DNA from: an uncultured virus (IMG/VR IMGVR_UViG_3300046524_000185)
Taxonomy: Duplodnaviria > Heunggongvirae > Uroviricota > Caudoviricetes
IMG/VR virus record: IMGVR_UViG_3300046524_000185
DNA: 64,000 nt
Direction: 5' to 3' (one strand)
Each line of letters begins with the position of its first letter. Positions within the stretch are counted from its first letter, which is position 1. The translations under genes were made by a program, and so were the position numbers. The notes beneath the pieces are model-generated. The model was given only the letters and a program-made list of their open reading frames with translations. It did not search any database and was not told the DNA's origin. Shown piece by piece: positions 1-9,341 of the stretch.

Positions 1-1
1 G

Positions 2-1483
2 GAGAAGGAGCATCTCGACGAGCTCCGCTCTCAGGCCGACCAGCTCCACGGCTGGCTGGCGGCGATCGAGAAGAAGGCGCCGGTCAAGCCAACCGATCCT
101 CATGGTGTGGGATCTGCGATCGTGCAGGAGCTCCTCGACGAGCAGACCGCTCGCAAGGTCCAGCGCCAGGTTCTCGAGGGCGAGCTCGCTCGCATTCCCG
201 CAGCATCTGGGATCACACTCGAGGATCTCGCCACCGATCGCGAGAGCCACAAGCTGGCTCAGGCCTATCGCGCCCGCCGGCAGTTCCAGAGCCTGCACCG
301 GAAACCGGAGTGGGACCAGGCTCATCTGGATCAGAAGCGTCTCGACCTGGAAGCGATGAATAACCAGAAGCGATTCAACCACCTGGTCGAACAGCTGAAG
401 GATCTTCAGGAGCAGGGCGAGCATGCCTGCCCGTCGTGCGACCACCACTGGCCAATCGCTGGTGATGCCTTGGACAAGGTGAAAGCCGAGATCAAGCAAG
501 TCAGCGCCTTACCTCGCATGTACAACATGAATGCCCTGACTGAGGAGAAGATCGACGGCTACCAGCGTATACTAGACGCTTGGAATCGTGTGGCTGAGGA
601 ATGGGAAACCGTCCACCAGCACGCTCCGGACACGGAGCCGAAGGTCCGCTGGACGCTCGAGGAGATTACCAAGCTCGAGCATGGGCTCTCGCTGCAGGAC
701 CGCCGCGCCGAGATCGTCGCTCAGCTCGACGCTACGAAGACCAAGGATGAGCCTGACTACGCCAAGATGCTTCGTGAGGCTCAGCAGTATGAGGCTCAGC
801 TCGCTGTCTGGTCCAGCCAGGTAGCCGAGTTCGAAGCCTGGGAGACGGAGAAGGGCCAGAAGCTGGTTCAGCTCACCATGCTCGACATGGATCTTCAGGG
901 CTACCCGGATCTGATTCAGGCTCTGAACCAGGCTCAGCTCTACGAGCAGCAGTTGGTGGTCTACAGCTCGCAGCTGGCCGACTATCAGCGACTGATCGAC
1001 CAGGTGGTGGCTTATCGCACTGACGCCGACGAGTGGTCCAAGGTGAAGGACGCTCTCGTGATCCTGCGGTCGAAGATCAAGCAGTATCTGGTTCCGAGCC
1101 TGAACAAGGTCGCAAGCAGCCTCCTGTCTCACATGACTGGTGGTGAACGTCAGTCGATCGTCGTCGACGAGGACTTCAACATTCTCGTCGATAATCAGTC
1201 GATCGACACCCTGTCAGGTTCCGGCAAGGCAGTGGCGAATCTCTCGCTGCGAATTGGCCTTGGTCAGGTGCTGACTAACAACGTCTTCTCGCTCTTCATG
1301 GGCGATGAGATTGACGAGTCTATGGACAAAAACAGAAGCGAGAAAACGGCGACAGTTCTTAGAACTCTCGCCGGTAGGATCTCCCAACTCTTGCTGGTGT
1401 CACATAAATCTCCTTCAGCGGATTACTTCATCGCTGTAGGAGAAAATAGTGAATACCAACTCGAAGACGTCCAGTCTCATTAA
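2..1483 (+). CDS. SbcC/Rad50 (gp46-like) SMC-family recombination ATPase, 5'-truncated by window edge
   Basis: Frame is open from position 2. Zinc-hook CPSC, long coiled coil, ABC signature LSGSG, Walker B/D-loop FMGDEIDESMD, H-switch LVSH. Confidence 0.88.
   Translation, partial: EKEHLDELRSQADQLHGWLAAIEKKAPVKPTDPHGVGSAIVQELLDEQTARKVQRQVLEGELARIPAASGITLEDLATDRESHKLAQAYRARRQFQSLHRKPEWDQAHLDQKRLDLEAMNNQKRFNHLVEQLKDLQEQGEHACPSCDHHWPIAGDALDKVKAEIKQVSALPRMYNMNALTEEKIDGYQRILDAWNRVAEEWETVHQHAPDTEPKVRWTLEEITKLEHGLSLQDRRAEIVAQLDATKTKDEPDYAKMLREAQQYEAQLAVWSSQVAEFEAWETEKGQKLVQLTMLDMDLQGYPDLIQALNQAQLYEQQLVVYSSQLADYQRLIDQVVAYRTDADEWSKVKDALVILRSKIKQYLVPSLNKVASSLLSHMTGGERQSIVVDEDFNILVDNQSIDTLSGSGKAVANLSLRIGLGQVLTNNVFSLFMGDEIDESMDKNRSEKTATVLRTLAGRISQLLLVSHKSPSADYFIAVGENSEYQLEDVQSH
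1354..1366. promoter_or_regulatory. Palindrome AGTTCTTAGAACT, putative operator
   Basis: Same palindrome recurs at 45365, 47626, 47724, 60390 and with one mismatch at 42149. Lies about 85 bp upstream of the HTH gene. Confidence 0.5.
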
Positions 1484-1865
1484 GGAAGAACTCAAGCGCA
1501 CGGGCGGCAATCTCTCAAAGGTCGCTCGTGCTCTTGGCCTCGATTACCACGCTCTGCTCGACCAGCGTAAGCGGGAGCTCGCCACTCGCAAGGTTGGCAT
1601 TACCCCGGTCGATGGACCGGAACCGGATGACATCCGGACGCTCGGCCGTCCAGGCCATGAGCACAATGTCGTCGCTGTAAAGCGCCAGGGCCACGGATGG
1701 CCCGAACATTTCGCCGCAGCCATTGCGGACGCCCGTCAGAAGTATGACGCCGGCTCTCACGAAATGTGCCAGACCACGGAAAACGGTTGGGTCGTCTTGT
1801 ACCTGATCCCGCGGCTGAAGCCGGCAGGACGCCGGAATTTCTTCTCCACCATGGTGGTCATGTAA
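1449..1865 (+). CDS. Protein with N-terminal Fis-like HTH
   Basis: ELKRTGGNLSKVARALGL matches the Fis/NtrC HTH pattern; overlaps the end of the SbcC-like gene. Confidence 0.6.
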   Translation: MNTNSKTSSLIKEELKRTGGNLSKVARALGLDYHALLDQRKRELATRKVGITPVDGPEPDDIRTLGRPGHEHNVVAVKRQGHGWPEHFAAAIADARQKYDAGSHEMCQTTENGWVVLYLIPRLKPAGRRNFFSTMVVM

Positions 1866-1866
1866 G

Positions 1867-2376
1867 ATGACCGCGATCCTTCTCTCTTCCGGTCGCAGGG
1901 TCGACCCGTTTGCACTCGAGGGCGTAGTCCTCGACCTCAACGAACTCATCCCACCGCTCGCGAAACTCTGCCGCTACACCGGCCATGTGAACCGCTTCTA
2001 CTCCGTCGCGGAACACACGGTCCACCTTGTGAACAAGGTGCCCGTGGGCCTGAAGCGTGCCGCAGCTCTCCACGACCTCAATGAAGGTCTCACGAATGAT
2101 CTGCCGCACCCGTTCAAGGCCGCGTTGCCCGACTACGTGTCGTTCGAGGTGGCCGTGCAGCAGCACATCTTCCGGCAGTTCAACGAGCCTTGGGAGAACA
2201 TGGAGCTCCTGACCCACTACGATCGCCGCATCTGCGCCGACGAGATGGAGCAGCTTTTCGAGCCCCCGTACATCATCCCGGGTCTCGCCCCGCTCGATGT
2301 TCGCGTCGAGGGCTGGGAATGGCGCGAAGCCGAACAAAAACTCCGCAACACCTTCAAATTCCTGGGGCTCCTCTGA
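1867..2376 (+). CDS. HD-domain 5'-deoxynucleotidase-like phosphohydrolase (YfbR/YfdR-like)
   Basis: RYTGH, YSVAEH, LHDLNE and a distal D motif. Confidence 0.8.
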   Translation: MTAILLSSGRRVDPFALEGVVLDLNELIPPLAKLCRYTGHVNRFYSVAEHTVHLVNKVPVGLKRAAALHDLNEGLTNDLPHPFKAALPDYVSFEVAVQQHIFRQFNEPWENMELLTHYDRRICADEMEQLFEPPYIIPGLAPLDVRVEGWEWREAEQKLRNTFKFLGLL

Positions 2377-3002
2377 TGACCATGCTTCGCTACAACGCCG
2401 GCAAGATTCCGGTTTCGCTCATCCCGACCAGCTTCTTCGAAGCCATCTTCAACAATGCCTACGAATGCGGTGCTGCTCCGTCGACGAAGCTCCTCGAGCT
2501 CGTCGGCCAGGTGTTGGATTTCGGCGCCCAGAAATACAACGCACACAACTGGCGCCAGGGTGGCAGCTGGTCGTCTGTCATGAACAGCGCCCTTCGCCAT
2601 CTCGTCTTCCGCATGATGGAAGGCTTCACCGTGGACACCGAGAGCGGCTTGTCCGAGGCGGGCCATCTCGGCTGCAACATCGCGTTCCTGCTCGAGTTCG
2701 CCAGTCAGGGTATCGGTGACGACGACCGCTACGTCACACCAACGGCGCCAGAAGGTCTGGAAGCTAATCCGGAACCGAGCCTGATCTGGGTTCTGAACGA
2801 GCTCCTCGCTTTCCGCGACGGTGGCAGTGTCGAACACCTCCGCACCGCGGCCTGGGAGCTCGCCCGCTGGGTCGATTTCCAGACTGAACCACAGCCGGCC
2901 CCTGACAACGTCCTCAAGTTCCCGGCCACTCCCCGCATCCCAACCAGCGTCCTGCCTTTCGGCTTCCCTGCCTTCAACGGCGATCAAGTAGTCTTCCACT
3001 AA
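2376..3002 (+). CDS. dATP/dGTP diphosphohydrolase-domain protein (DUF5664-like)
   Basis: GAQKY..HNWRQG, SALRHL, DTESGL..GHLGCN motifs. Start moved to the ATG in the TGATG overlap at 2376. Confidence 0.75.
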   Translation: MTMLRYNAGKIPVSLIPTSFFEAIFNNAYECGAAPSTKLLELVGQVLDFGAQKYNAHNWRQGGSWSSVMNSALRHLVFRMMEGFTVDTESGLSEAGHLGCNIAFLLEFASQGIGDDDRYVTPTAPEGLEANPEPSLIWVLNELLAFRDGGSVEHLRTAAWELARWVDFQTEPQPAPDNVLKFPATPRIPTSVLPFGFPAFNGDQVVFH

Positions 3003-3014
3003 GGATCCACGAAC

Positions 3015-3542
3015 ATGCAAGCTTCTGAATACCAGGCCCAGTTCGGCCGCACCCGCGCTCCCGTCTTCTTCCCGCACAACGTCCATCCGGCGTTCGTCGG
3101 CCAGCTGATGGAGGCTCGCAAGAAGTCAGCCGACATCATCGACGCCGTGAAGCGGGCGCTGATCTATGGCAACACCGAGCGTCTGAAGAAGACCGACTAT
3201 GCCAAGGTGGCCGAGAACCCGCTCGACCTCCCGTACTTCATGGACGTCGACGAGCTGCATGCCATCCTCGGCATGGAAGGGGAGGTCGGTGAGATCTCCG
3301 AGGCCGTCCTGTCGGACGACCCCCGCGATGTAATCCGTGCCCGTATCGTCGACGAGGCCGGTGACTTCCTCTGGTACCTCGCGCTGCTCTGCGACAAGTT
3401 CGACATCAAGTTCGAGGAGCTGTTCGCCGGCAACATCGCCAAGCTGGCCAAGCGCTATCCGGACAAGTTCACCACGGACCTGGCTGTGAACCGTGACCTG
3501 AAGGCTGAGGCCGAGGTATTTGGTTTGGGAGCGGTCCATTGA
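3015..3542 (+). CDS. MazG-like nucleoside triphosphate pyrophosphohydrolase
   Basis: GMEGEVGE, DEAGDFLWY and NIAKLAKRYP motifs. Confidence 0.85.
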   Translation: MQASEYQAQFGRTRAPVFFPHNVHPAFVGQLMEARKKSADIIDAVKRALIYGNTERLKKTDYAKVAENPLDLPYFMDVDELHAILGMEGEVGEISEAVLSDDPRDVIRARIVDEAGDFLWYLALLCDKFDIKFEELFAGNIAKLAKRYPDKFTTDLAVNRDLKAEAEVFGLGAVH

Positions 3543-3781
3543 AGCTCTGGCTCATTCTCTACGTCGGCACTCAGATCGGTGGCACCTGGGGTCCGCTGCC
3601 CTACGGCATGGATGAGTGCCAGGAACGGGCCAAGATCATGATGGTGGATGTGGTCGAGGCTAAGACCAATCCGGCCAAGATCGCCAAGATGAAAGAGGAA
3701 AGCCGCTTCGAGGATTTCGAGAAGATCTTCTTCAAGTGTGAGCAAAACTCCGTCCGTCCGAAGATCACCTTCGTCCACTGA
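3539..3781 (+). CDS. Hypothetical protein
   Basis: 80-aa ORF overlapping the upstream stop; phage-like codon use. Confidence 0.55.
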   Translation: MKLWLILYVGTQIGGTWGPLPYGMDECQERAKIMMVDVVEAKTNPAKIAKMKEESRFEDFEKIFFKCEQNSVRPKITFVH

Positions 3782-3866
3782 TCCTTCCTGAACCAGACTG
3801 CATCAGCCCCGCCATGGCACCCGCCGGCGGGGCTCACCACCTAAGACATCCAACAAGGAAAAACTG

Positions 3867-4835
3867 ATGCTTTTCAACGAGCAAGTTGCGCGTAAGCCCA
3901 ACCTTTATCCGTGGACTGACGACTTCATCCACGCCATCACCTCTTCACCATGGACAGTCAACGAGTTCTCGTTCCAGTCCGATTTCGACCAGTTCAAGAC
4001 ACAGCTCACCGACCAGGAACGGCAGATCGTCGTTCGCACGCTGTCCGCGATCGGCCAGATCGAGATCGCCGTGAAGGACTTCTGGGCGAACCTGGGCCGG
4101 AACCTGCGTCACCCTGCGATCAAGGATCTCGGCTACGTCATGGCGTACACCGAAGTGATCCACAACCAGGCTTATGAGCGTCTGCTCGAGGTGCTCGGTC
4201 TCGAGTCCGTCTTCGAAGATAACCTGAAGGTCGACGTCGTTCGCGCCCGCGTGAACTATCTCCGGAAGCATGCTCAGCGTGTCTACGAGGACGATCGCAA
4301 GCAGTACGTCTACTCGATCATCCTGTTCACGCTCTTCGTCGAGAACGTCAGCCTCTTCAGCCAGTTCTACACGATCATGTGGTTCAACCGCTTCAAGAAC
4401 GTGCTGAAGGACACTGCCCAGCAGGTTCAGTACACGAAGAACGAAGAGACGCTCCACGCCCAGGTCGGCATCAAGATCATCAACACGCTGCGCCAGGAAT
4501 ATCCGGACCTGTTCGACTTCGAGCTGACCGAACGCATCCGTCACGAGTGCATGGAAGCATACTCGGCCGAGAGCAAGCTGATCGACTGGATGATCGGTGA
4601 CTACGCCGACGACAACATCAGCGCCGAGATCCTGAAGAACTACGTCTCCACCCGCCTGCAGGACAGCCTCAAGGCCATCGGTATCGCGTCACCCCTGAAC
4701 AACTGGCCGATGATCGAGACGTTCTGGATGGATGAAGAAGTCTTCGGAACCAACAAGACCGATTTCTTCCACAAGAACCCCGTCGACTACACCGAAAACG
4801 ACGTCGCATACGACCCGAAGGAACTATTCGCATGA
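3867..4835 (+). CDS. nrdB: Ribonucleotide reductase class I beta subunit
   Basis: Di-metal ligands QIE, EVIH, VEN..LFSQF, NEETLH; Tyr in HNQAY; C-terminal DFF. Confidence 0.93.
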   Translation: MLFNEQVARKPNLYPWTDDFIHAITSSPWTVNEFSFQSDFDQFKTQLTDQERQIVVRTLSAIGQIEIAVKDFWANLGRNLRHPAIKDLGYVMAYTEVIHNQAYERLLEVLGLESVFEDNLKVDVVRARVNYLRKHAQRVYEDDRKQYVYSIILFTLFVENVSLFSQFYTIMWFNRFKNVLKDTAQQVQYTKNEETLHAQVGIKIINTLRQEYPDLFDFELTERIRHECMEAYSAESKLIDWMIGDYADDNISAEILKNYVSTRLQDSLKAIGIASPLNNWPMIETFWMDEEVFGTNKTDFFHKNPVDYTENDVAYDPKELFA

Positions 4836-6472
4836 CCAGCTGGATTACCGATGACACCCGTAAGTTTCTCTCCCGCGGATATCTGCGGGAGGGAGTGTCC
4901 GTAGAGGACCGCATTGCCGAGGTTGGCAAGCGGGCAGGGGAAATCCTCGATCGCCCTGACATCGGAAAGAAGATCTCCGAGTACCTGCTGAACGGCTGGA
5001 TGAGTTTGTCGTCTCCGATCTGGTCGAACTTCGGGCTCGCCCGTGGCCTGCCGATCAGCTGCAACAACGTCTACGTGGACGATACCATGGACAGCATCCT
5101 GCTGAAGACGGCCGAGATCGGTGCCCAGACCAAGTACGGCGCCGGCACGTCAGCCTACTATGGTGCTCTCCGTGGACGTGGCGCTGGCATCTCTGGTGGC
5201 GGCTCGAGCTATGGTGCTGTCCATTTCATGCAGATGGCGGAAACGACAACGTCCGTGGTGAGCCAGTCGAATGTCCGCCGTGGCTCGATCGCCGTCTACC
5301 TGCCGGCCGATCACCCTGACATCGACGAACATCTGACGATCCGCACGAAGGCCAGCCCGCTGCAGAACGTCCAGCCAGCCGTATCCATCACAGACAAGTT
5401 CCTGGAAGACGCCTTCGCCGGCAGTGAACGCAACCAGGCTGTGTTCGCCAAGATCCTCGAGCGCCGTCGCGCCAACGGTCGTCCGTTCATCTTCTTCCAC
5501 GACAACGCCAATCGCTTCGCTGCGGACGTTTATCGTGATCAGAAGCGGACCATCTGGTCGTCCAACCTCTGCACCGAGATCATGTTGCCCTCGACGGCGA
5601 GAGAGTCGTTCGTCTGCAACCTGCTCTCCCTGAACGTGCTGCACTATGACGACTGGAAGGACACCGACCTGGTGAAGGTGGCCATCTATCTGCTCGACGC
5701 CGTCATGTCCGAGTACATCGAGAAGACGAAGGATCTGCCGTTCATGGACAGCTCCTATCGCTTCGCTCTGCATCACCGTGCCCTCGGTCTCGGCATCCTC
5801 GGCTGGCACTCGCTGTTGCAGTCCAAGATGATCGCGTTCGAGAGCGCTGAAGCTTCGATCTTGAACATCAAGATCTTCCAGCAGATGCAGGCTCAGTCCT
5901 ATGAGGCGTCGGAGCTCCTCGGCCGAGAATACGGTGTTCCGGAGATGCTGATCAACTACAAGCGCCGCAACAGCACCACCATGGCGATCGCGCCGACGAA
6001 GTCCTCGGCCTTCATCCTCGGCCAAGCTTCTGAAGGCATCGGCCTGTTCGAGAACAACTACTTCGTTCCGGATCTGCAGAAGGGCAAGTTCACCTTCCGC
6101 AACCCGTACCTGGAGAAGGTTCTCGGCCAGAAGAACATGGACAATGCTGAGACCTGGCGTTCGATCCTGCTTCGCGAGGGCTCGGTTCAGCACCTGGACA
6201 TCCTCACGGACCATGAGAAGGCCGTCTTCCGGACAGCCAGCGAGGTCTCTATGGACAAGGTGATCGAACAGGCCGCAGCTCGTGGTCGCTACATCGATCA
6301 GGGTCAGAGCCTGAACCTGAAGATGCCGCCGAACGTGACGCCGAAGGAGCAGATGCGTCTGACCCTCAAGGCCCACAAGCTCGGTCTGAAGTCGCTCTAT
6401 TATCAGGAGTCGACGAATCCGGCCCAGGCTCTGGCTCGATCGAACGAGTCCTGTGTGGCATGTGAAGCATAA
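4832..6472 (+). CDS. nrdA: Ribonucleotide reductase class I alpha subunit (short, no obvious ATP cone)
   Basis: PISC, SNLCTEI, VCNL, AIAPT, DQGQSLN, KSLYY and C-terminal CVAC. Confidence 0.93.
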   Translation: MTSWITDDTRKFLSRGYLREGVSVEDRIAEVGKRAGEILDRPDIGKKISEYLLNGWMSLSSPIWSNFGLARGLPISCNNVYVDDTMDSILLKTAEIGAQTKYGAGTSAYYGALRGRGAGISGGGSSYGAVHFMQMAETTTSVVSQSNVRRGSIAVYLPADHPDIDEHLTIRTKASPLQNVQPAVSITDKFLEDAFAGSERNQAVFAKILERRRANGRPFIFFHDNANRFAADVYRDQKRTIWSSNLCTEIMLPSTARESFVCNLLSLNVLHYDDWKDTDLVKVAIYLLDAVMSEYIEKTKDLPFMDSSYRFALHHRALGLGILGWHSLLQSKMIAFESAEASILNIKIFQQMQAQSYEASELLGREYGVPEMLINYKRRNSTTMAIAPTKSSAFILGQASEGIGLFENNYFVPDLQKGKFTFRNPYLEKVLGQKNMDNAETWRSILLREGSVQHLDILTDHEKAVFRTASEVSMDKVIEQAAARGRYIDQGQSLNLKMPPNVTPKEQMRLTLKAHKLGLKSLYYQESTNPAQALARSNESCVACEA

Positions 6473-6473
6473 G

Positions 6474-6502
6474 AAAAAGGCCCCTCACGGGGCCTTTTTT
6501 AT
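6474..6502. terminator. Bidirectional intrinsic terminator between nrdA and the lysis genes
   Basis: AAAAAGGCCCC-TCAC-GGGGCCTTTTTT between convergent genes. Confidence 0.85.
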
Positions 6503-6784
6503 TTGTCCTGTCCGTAGAGCGTCATCTCTCTCGATCAGTCGTCGACCACAGGACGACTTCTTTTCGTCCAGGGTGATGAACTCCCCGAACTTGTCGTACA
6601 CCTGCACCTTCGACATCCGCTTGCCACGCTCGGGAGGAGGCACTGTCTCGTCGAAACAGGTCCGGATGTCAGCGGGCAGGAGAGGCAGGTTTGCTCTGTC
6701 CGTGAGGCCAGATGTTCCACAGCTGCTCAACATCATCGCTGTCAAAGCAGGTATCGTCAGGCTTCTTAATCTTGGCGCGAGCAT
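6485..6784 (-). CDS. o-spanin (Rz1-like lipoprotein)
   Basis: Lipobox LSSC after a hydrophobic stretch; Pro-rich; overlaps the i-spanin. Confidence 0.7.
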   Translation of the reverse strand: MLAPRLRSLTIPALTAMMLSSCGTSGLTDRANLPLLPADIRTCFDETVPPPERGKRMSKVQVYDKFGEFITLDEKKSSCGRRLIERDDALRTGQIKKAP

Positions 6785-7025
6785 TCGCCAGCTCCTTCTG
6801 CAATTCTGTAATCCGACTCTGATCCTGTTCCCGCTTCACGCGGTCAGCAGAGTCGATCGCTATTCCGAGGTTGATGTCCTTCACCCACTTGGCGAGCTCG
6901 GCCGCTTCGTGCCTCTCGTTCGCGACGTGCTGTCCGTAGAAGTATCCGCCAAAGACCAGGCCTGCTGCCACGGCACAGATCAGGACCGGTTTTGCTAACG
7001 GCTCGAGGAGCGTGAGAGGAATCAT
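6669..7025 (-). CDS. i-spanin (Rz-like)
   Basis: N-terminal TM segment (VLICAVAAGLVFGGYFYG) plus coiled coil, directly after the endolysin. Start reassigned to MIPLTLL. Confidence 0.7.
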   Translation of the reverse strand: MIPLTLLEPLAKPVLICAVAAGLVFGGYFYGQHVANERHEAAELAKWVKDINLGIAIDSADRVKREQDQSRITELQKELANARAKIKKPDDTCFDSDDVEQLWNIWPHGQSKPASPAR

Positions 7026-7513
7026 TCCACTCCCCGCATGCACATGTTCCGCTCCGTCGCTCTGCGCTTCGCCAAGCCCGGGAGCACGACCTTCTTGCCG
7101 TTCACTGTCCCCTTGTTCCAGGCCAGCATTCCTTCGCAGGCGGCTTTGATGTTTCCGGTGCGAAGATAGCGGGCCGAGCTCGAGCCACAGAAGCCCCCGA
7201 CTCCGATGTTGTAGCTGAAGCTGTCGAAGGCTCCTCGAGTCTCGACGGGGAGGGCGTCCCAGTTCTTGACGCATGCCGCGTTACCTTGATCGTAGTGGGC
7301 CATGCGCTTAACCAGCAGGTCATGACACTCTTGCCTGGAAAACTTCCGGCCCTGCATGGACTTCGCATTTTCAGTTTCTCCCATGCAGTAGGTCAGCACG
7401 CCGACCGCATCGCGGTAGACGTAGCCGACATAACCTTCCGCCGGTTCAGCAATGGAGACGCCGATCGCAACAGCAGCACTGGCGATCGTGCCGATGATCG
7501 TCTTCTTAGCCAT
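7022..7513 (-). CDS. Endolysin, GH24 phage lysozyme, probably SAR type
   Basis: E-x8-D-x5-T triad (EGYVGYVYRDAVGVLT), FSYNIG, GLAKRRATE; N-terminal Ala/Gly/Ile-rich anchor after KK. Confidence 0.88.
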   Translation of the reverse strand: MAKKTIIGTIASAAVAIGVSIAEPAEGYVGYVYRDAVGVLTYCMGETENAKSMQGRKFSRQECHDLLVKRMAHYDQGNAACVKNWDALPVETRGAFDSFSYNIGVGGFCGSSSARYLRTGNIKAACEGMLAWNKGTVNGKKVVLPGLAKRRATERNMCMRGVE

Positions 7514-7754
7514 TCTTGGCTCCTGAGATTTTCTTCTGGGGGATGAGGCGTCCGTAGACCGCGCCGAGGCCGACCAGGCCGTCCAGGATGGAGAAGCCAA
7601 GTCGGACGGCCGGCGGAAGCGACGAGCCAGCCATCATGGACAGCAGCGTGTCGCAGATCGGCTCAAGCACGACGAGGAACAGGAAGAAGTAGACGCACAT
7701 CAGCGACCAGGAGTGACGCAGAATCGTCCACCAGTCGGGGTGCAGCTTCGGCAT
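7506..7754 (-). CDS. Putative holin
   Basis: Two hydrophobic segments and a basic C-terminus; directly upstream of the endolysin. Start MPKLHPDWW. Confidence 0.65.
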   Translation of the reverse strand: MPKLHPDWWTILRHSWSLMCVYFFLFLVVLEPICDTLLSMMAGSSLPPAVRLGFSILDGLVGLGAVYGRLIPQKKISGAKNG

Positions 7755-8083
7755 CAGAGCCCCACGAACTTCTTGAGGAGCAGCGGGCCAACAGCGGAGA
7801 TCACAGCACTGGCAACGGAGCAAAGCGTCACCAGGCGGACGACCTTCTCATTCAAGGCCGTGTACTTTTTCTCGAGGTCCGTGTGTTGGGCTTTGAGTTC
7901 CCCAATGGCCTCCTTGAAGCCATCCTTCACTTCCTTCACCTGGGTCGAGACGAAGCTGTTACGCTCCTCGAGCACGACCAGGCGCTCCATAAACTCCGCC
8001 ATTGCAACGAGGCGATCAGACATCTGCCGGACTGCCGATTCAAGGCCGTCAAGCCGGTGGGTGAAAGCGTCGGTGAGGGGCAT
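7754..8083 (-). CDS. Coiled-coil protein with C-terminal TM segment, first gene of the lysis cassette
   Basis: Heptad-rich N-terminus, hydrophobic C-terminus; coupled to the holin. Confidence 0.6.
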   Translation of the reverse strand: MPLTDAFTHRLDGLESAVRQMSDRLVAMAEFMERLVVLEERNSFVSTQVKEVKDGFKEAIGELKAQHTDLEKKYTALNEKVVRLVTLCSVASAVISAVGPLLLKKFVGL

Positions 8084-8187
8084 ACGGGAACTCCAATTGG
8101 TTCCCGTAAATATGGTTACAGTGGCTGGAGGATTCCCGTTCCGGTTGACTCAGAACGGTTCAGTTTGAAGGTTATAAGGGCTGGGCG

Positions 8188-8238
8188 AAACCTTATAACG
8201 GATAATCGGAAAGGCTTAAACCTTATGACGGATAATCG
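8188..8238 (+). repeat. Two 21-bp direct repeats AAACCTTAT(A/G)ACGGATAATCG with 30-bp period
   Basis: Copies at 8188-8208 and 8218-8238; the second runs into the dif-like site. Confidence 0.8.
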
Positions 8239-8260
8239 CATAGGTTCTGTTATGGAACCG
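8233..8260 (+). other. dif-like XerC/XerD recombination site
   Basis: TAATCGCATAG-GTTCTG-TTATGGAACCG: 11-6-11 layout, arms resembling the rhizobial dif as recalled (TAATCGCATAA-N6-TTATGGAAC). Confidence 0.72.
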
Positions 8261-8407
8261 ATGCACCGAATAGTTGTTCAAATTTTTCCCTGATCATCTT
8301 AATCAGAAACTCGCTTCCGGACAGTCCATAGGTGTCGGCCAGGACCGCGAGCTTCTCGCGATCCTCGTCCGTGCCATACGCGATGATGCCTTTGTTTCGG
8401 GTCTTGC

Positions 8408-8788
8408 TCACCAGGCTATCTCCGTTGCTGCTTCGATTGCGGCTGGTGTTGTCGCTGCGGCCACAAGATCCTTGGCCACCATGCGTTTGTCTTCGATCAT
8501 AGGTCCGACGACACGCCAGCTCTCGGCCATAGTGAGAATGACAGCCGCGGCGTCCAGGAGCGTGACGTTGTATCGCTCAGCGTCGATCGCCACTAGGCGG
8601 ACCAGGTTCGGGTTTATGTTCGGGTCCGCGCAAACCGTCTCTGCTTGGCGTTCCTTCTCCAGGTAGGTCATGGCCTGACCGGCGCCGAGCGTGATGTACC
8701 TTCCACGTGCGAGCTCGGCTGCAGCATCGATCTTGGCGATCGCCGCGGCGCGGATCGGAGTCAGATCCTTCTTCAGATTAAGCTTCAT
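8408..8788 (-). CDS. Tail fibre assembly-like protein
   Basis: Helical Ala-rich protein (IDAAAE.AR..Y..GQAMTY.EK..QA) at the end of the tail operon. Confidence 0.55.
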   Translation of the reverse strand: MKLNLKKDLTPIRAAAIAKIDAAAELARGRYITLGAGQAMTYLEKERQAETVCADPNINPNLVRLVAIDAERYNVTLLDAAAVILTMAESWRVVGPMIEDKRMVAKDLVAAATTPAAIEAATEIAW

Positions 8789-9341
8789 CGATCGTCACCT
8801 TCACGTAGCGTTCCATGTACGGCCACTTCTCGAGCACGATGTTGTAGGTCGCCGGCATCTCGGCCTCGAGCTCGAGCTCGCCACCGGTCAGGATAGTGGG
8901 ATCGCGGTCCACCCAAACGTTGCAAGGATCCGGCAAGCCAGTCAGCTTGACAGTCTCACCGACCTTGAGATTGATTTCGGCAGGTACATCGAACTTCGGC
9001 CGTGCCGTGATCTGTCCATCCAGAATGTAGTCGCTCTCAATGGCACACTTCACGGATTCCAGACGACCGGTGATGACTATCTGCTGCTCGAAGGTGTCGA
9101 CTACCTGCTCGCCCAGCTCATCGACGACGGGCTGACCTTCAGCGTCGATCCTTGGAATCTGGACCGTCTCCATGATGGGCTGGCCCGTTGTGGGGTCGAC
9201 GGCGCCGATGTCAGGCAGGGCCACTGGAGGGAAATCCAAGTAGGGTCGCCCCTGCTCCTCGAAAGCGGCATGAATGTCGGGGGAGACTGGATCCCAGATG
9301 GCGTGAGTGATCCGGCCGTCAGGTAAGTGTTCGATAATCAT
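8778..9341 (-). CDS. Tail-associated hypothetical protein
   Basis: Start reassigned to MIIEHLPDG, overlapping the upstream stop; lies in the tail operon. Confidence 0.55.
   Translation of the reverse strand: MIIEHLPDGRITHAIWDPVSPDIHAAFEEQGRPYLDFPPVALPDIGAVDPTTGQPIMETVQIPRIDAEGQPVVDELGEQVVDTFEQQIVITGRLESVKCAIESDYILDGQITARPKFDVPAEINLKVGETVKLTGLPDPCNVWVDRDPTILTGGELELEAEMPATYNIVLEKWPYMERYVKVTIDEA

Noticed and set aside
1867..3542. Firm call of a 2-aminoadenine (Z) genome
   Set aside because: No purZ in the window, and these hydrolase families also occur in phages with normal DNA.
8110..8137. Sixth copy of the late promoter before the lysis genes
   Set aside because: CCATAT is present but the hexamer 16 bp upstream is GGGAAT, not TTGnAn.
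8188..8260. Possible mini-CRISPR array
   Set aside because: Only two 21-bp copies separated by 9 bp, and no cas genes; better explained as dif accessory DNA.
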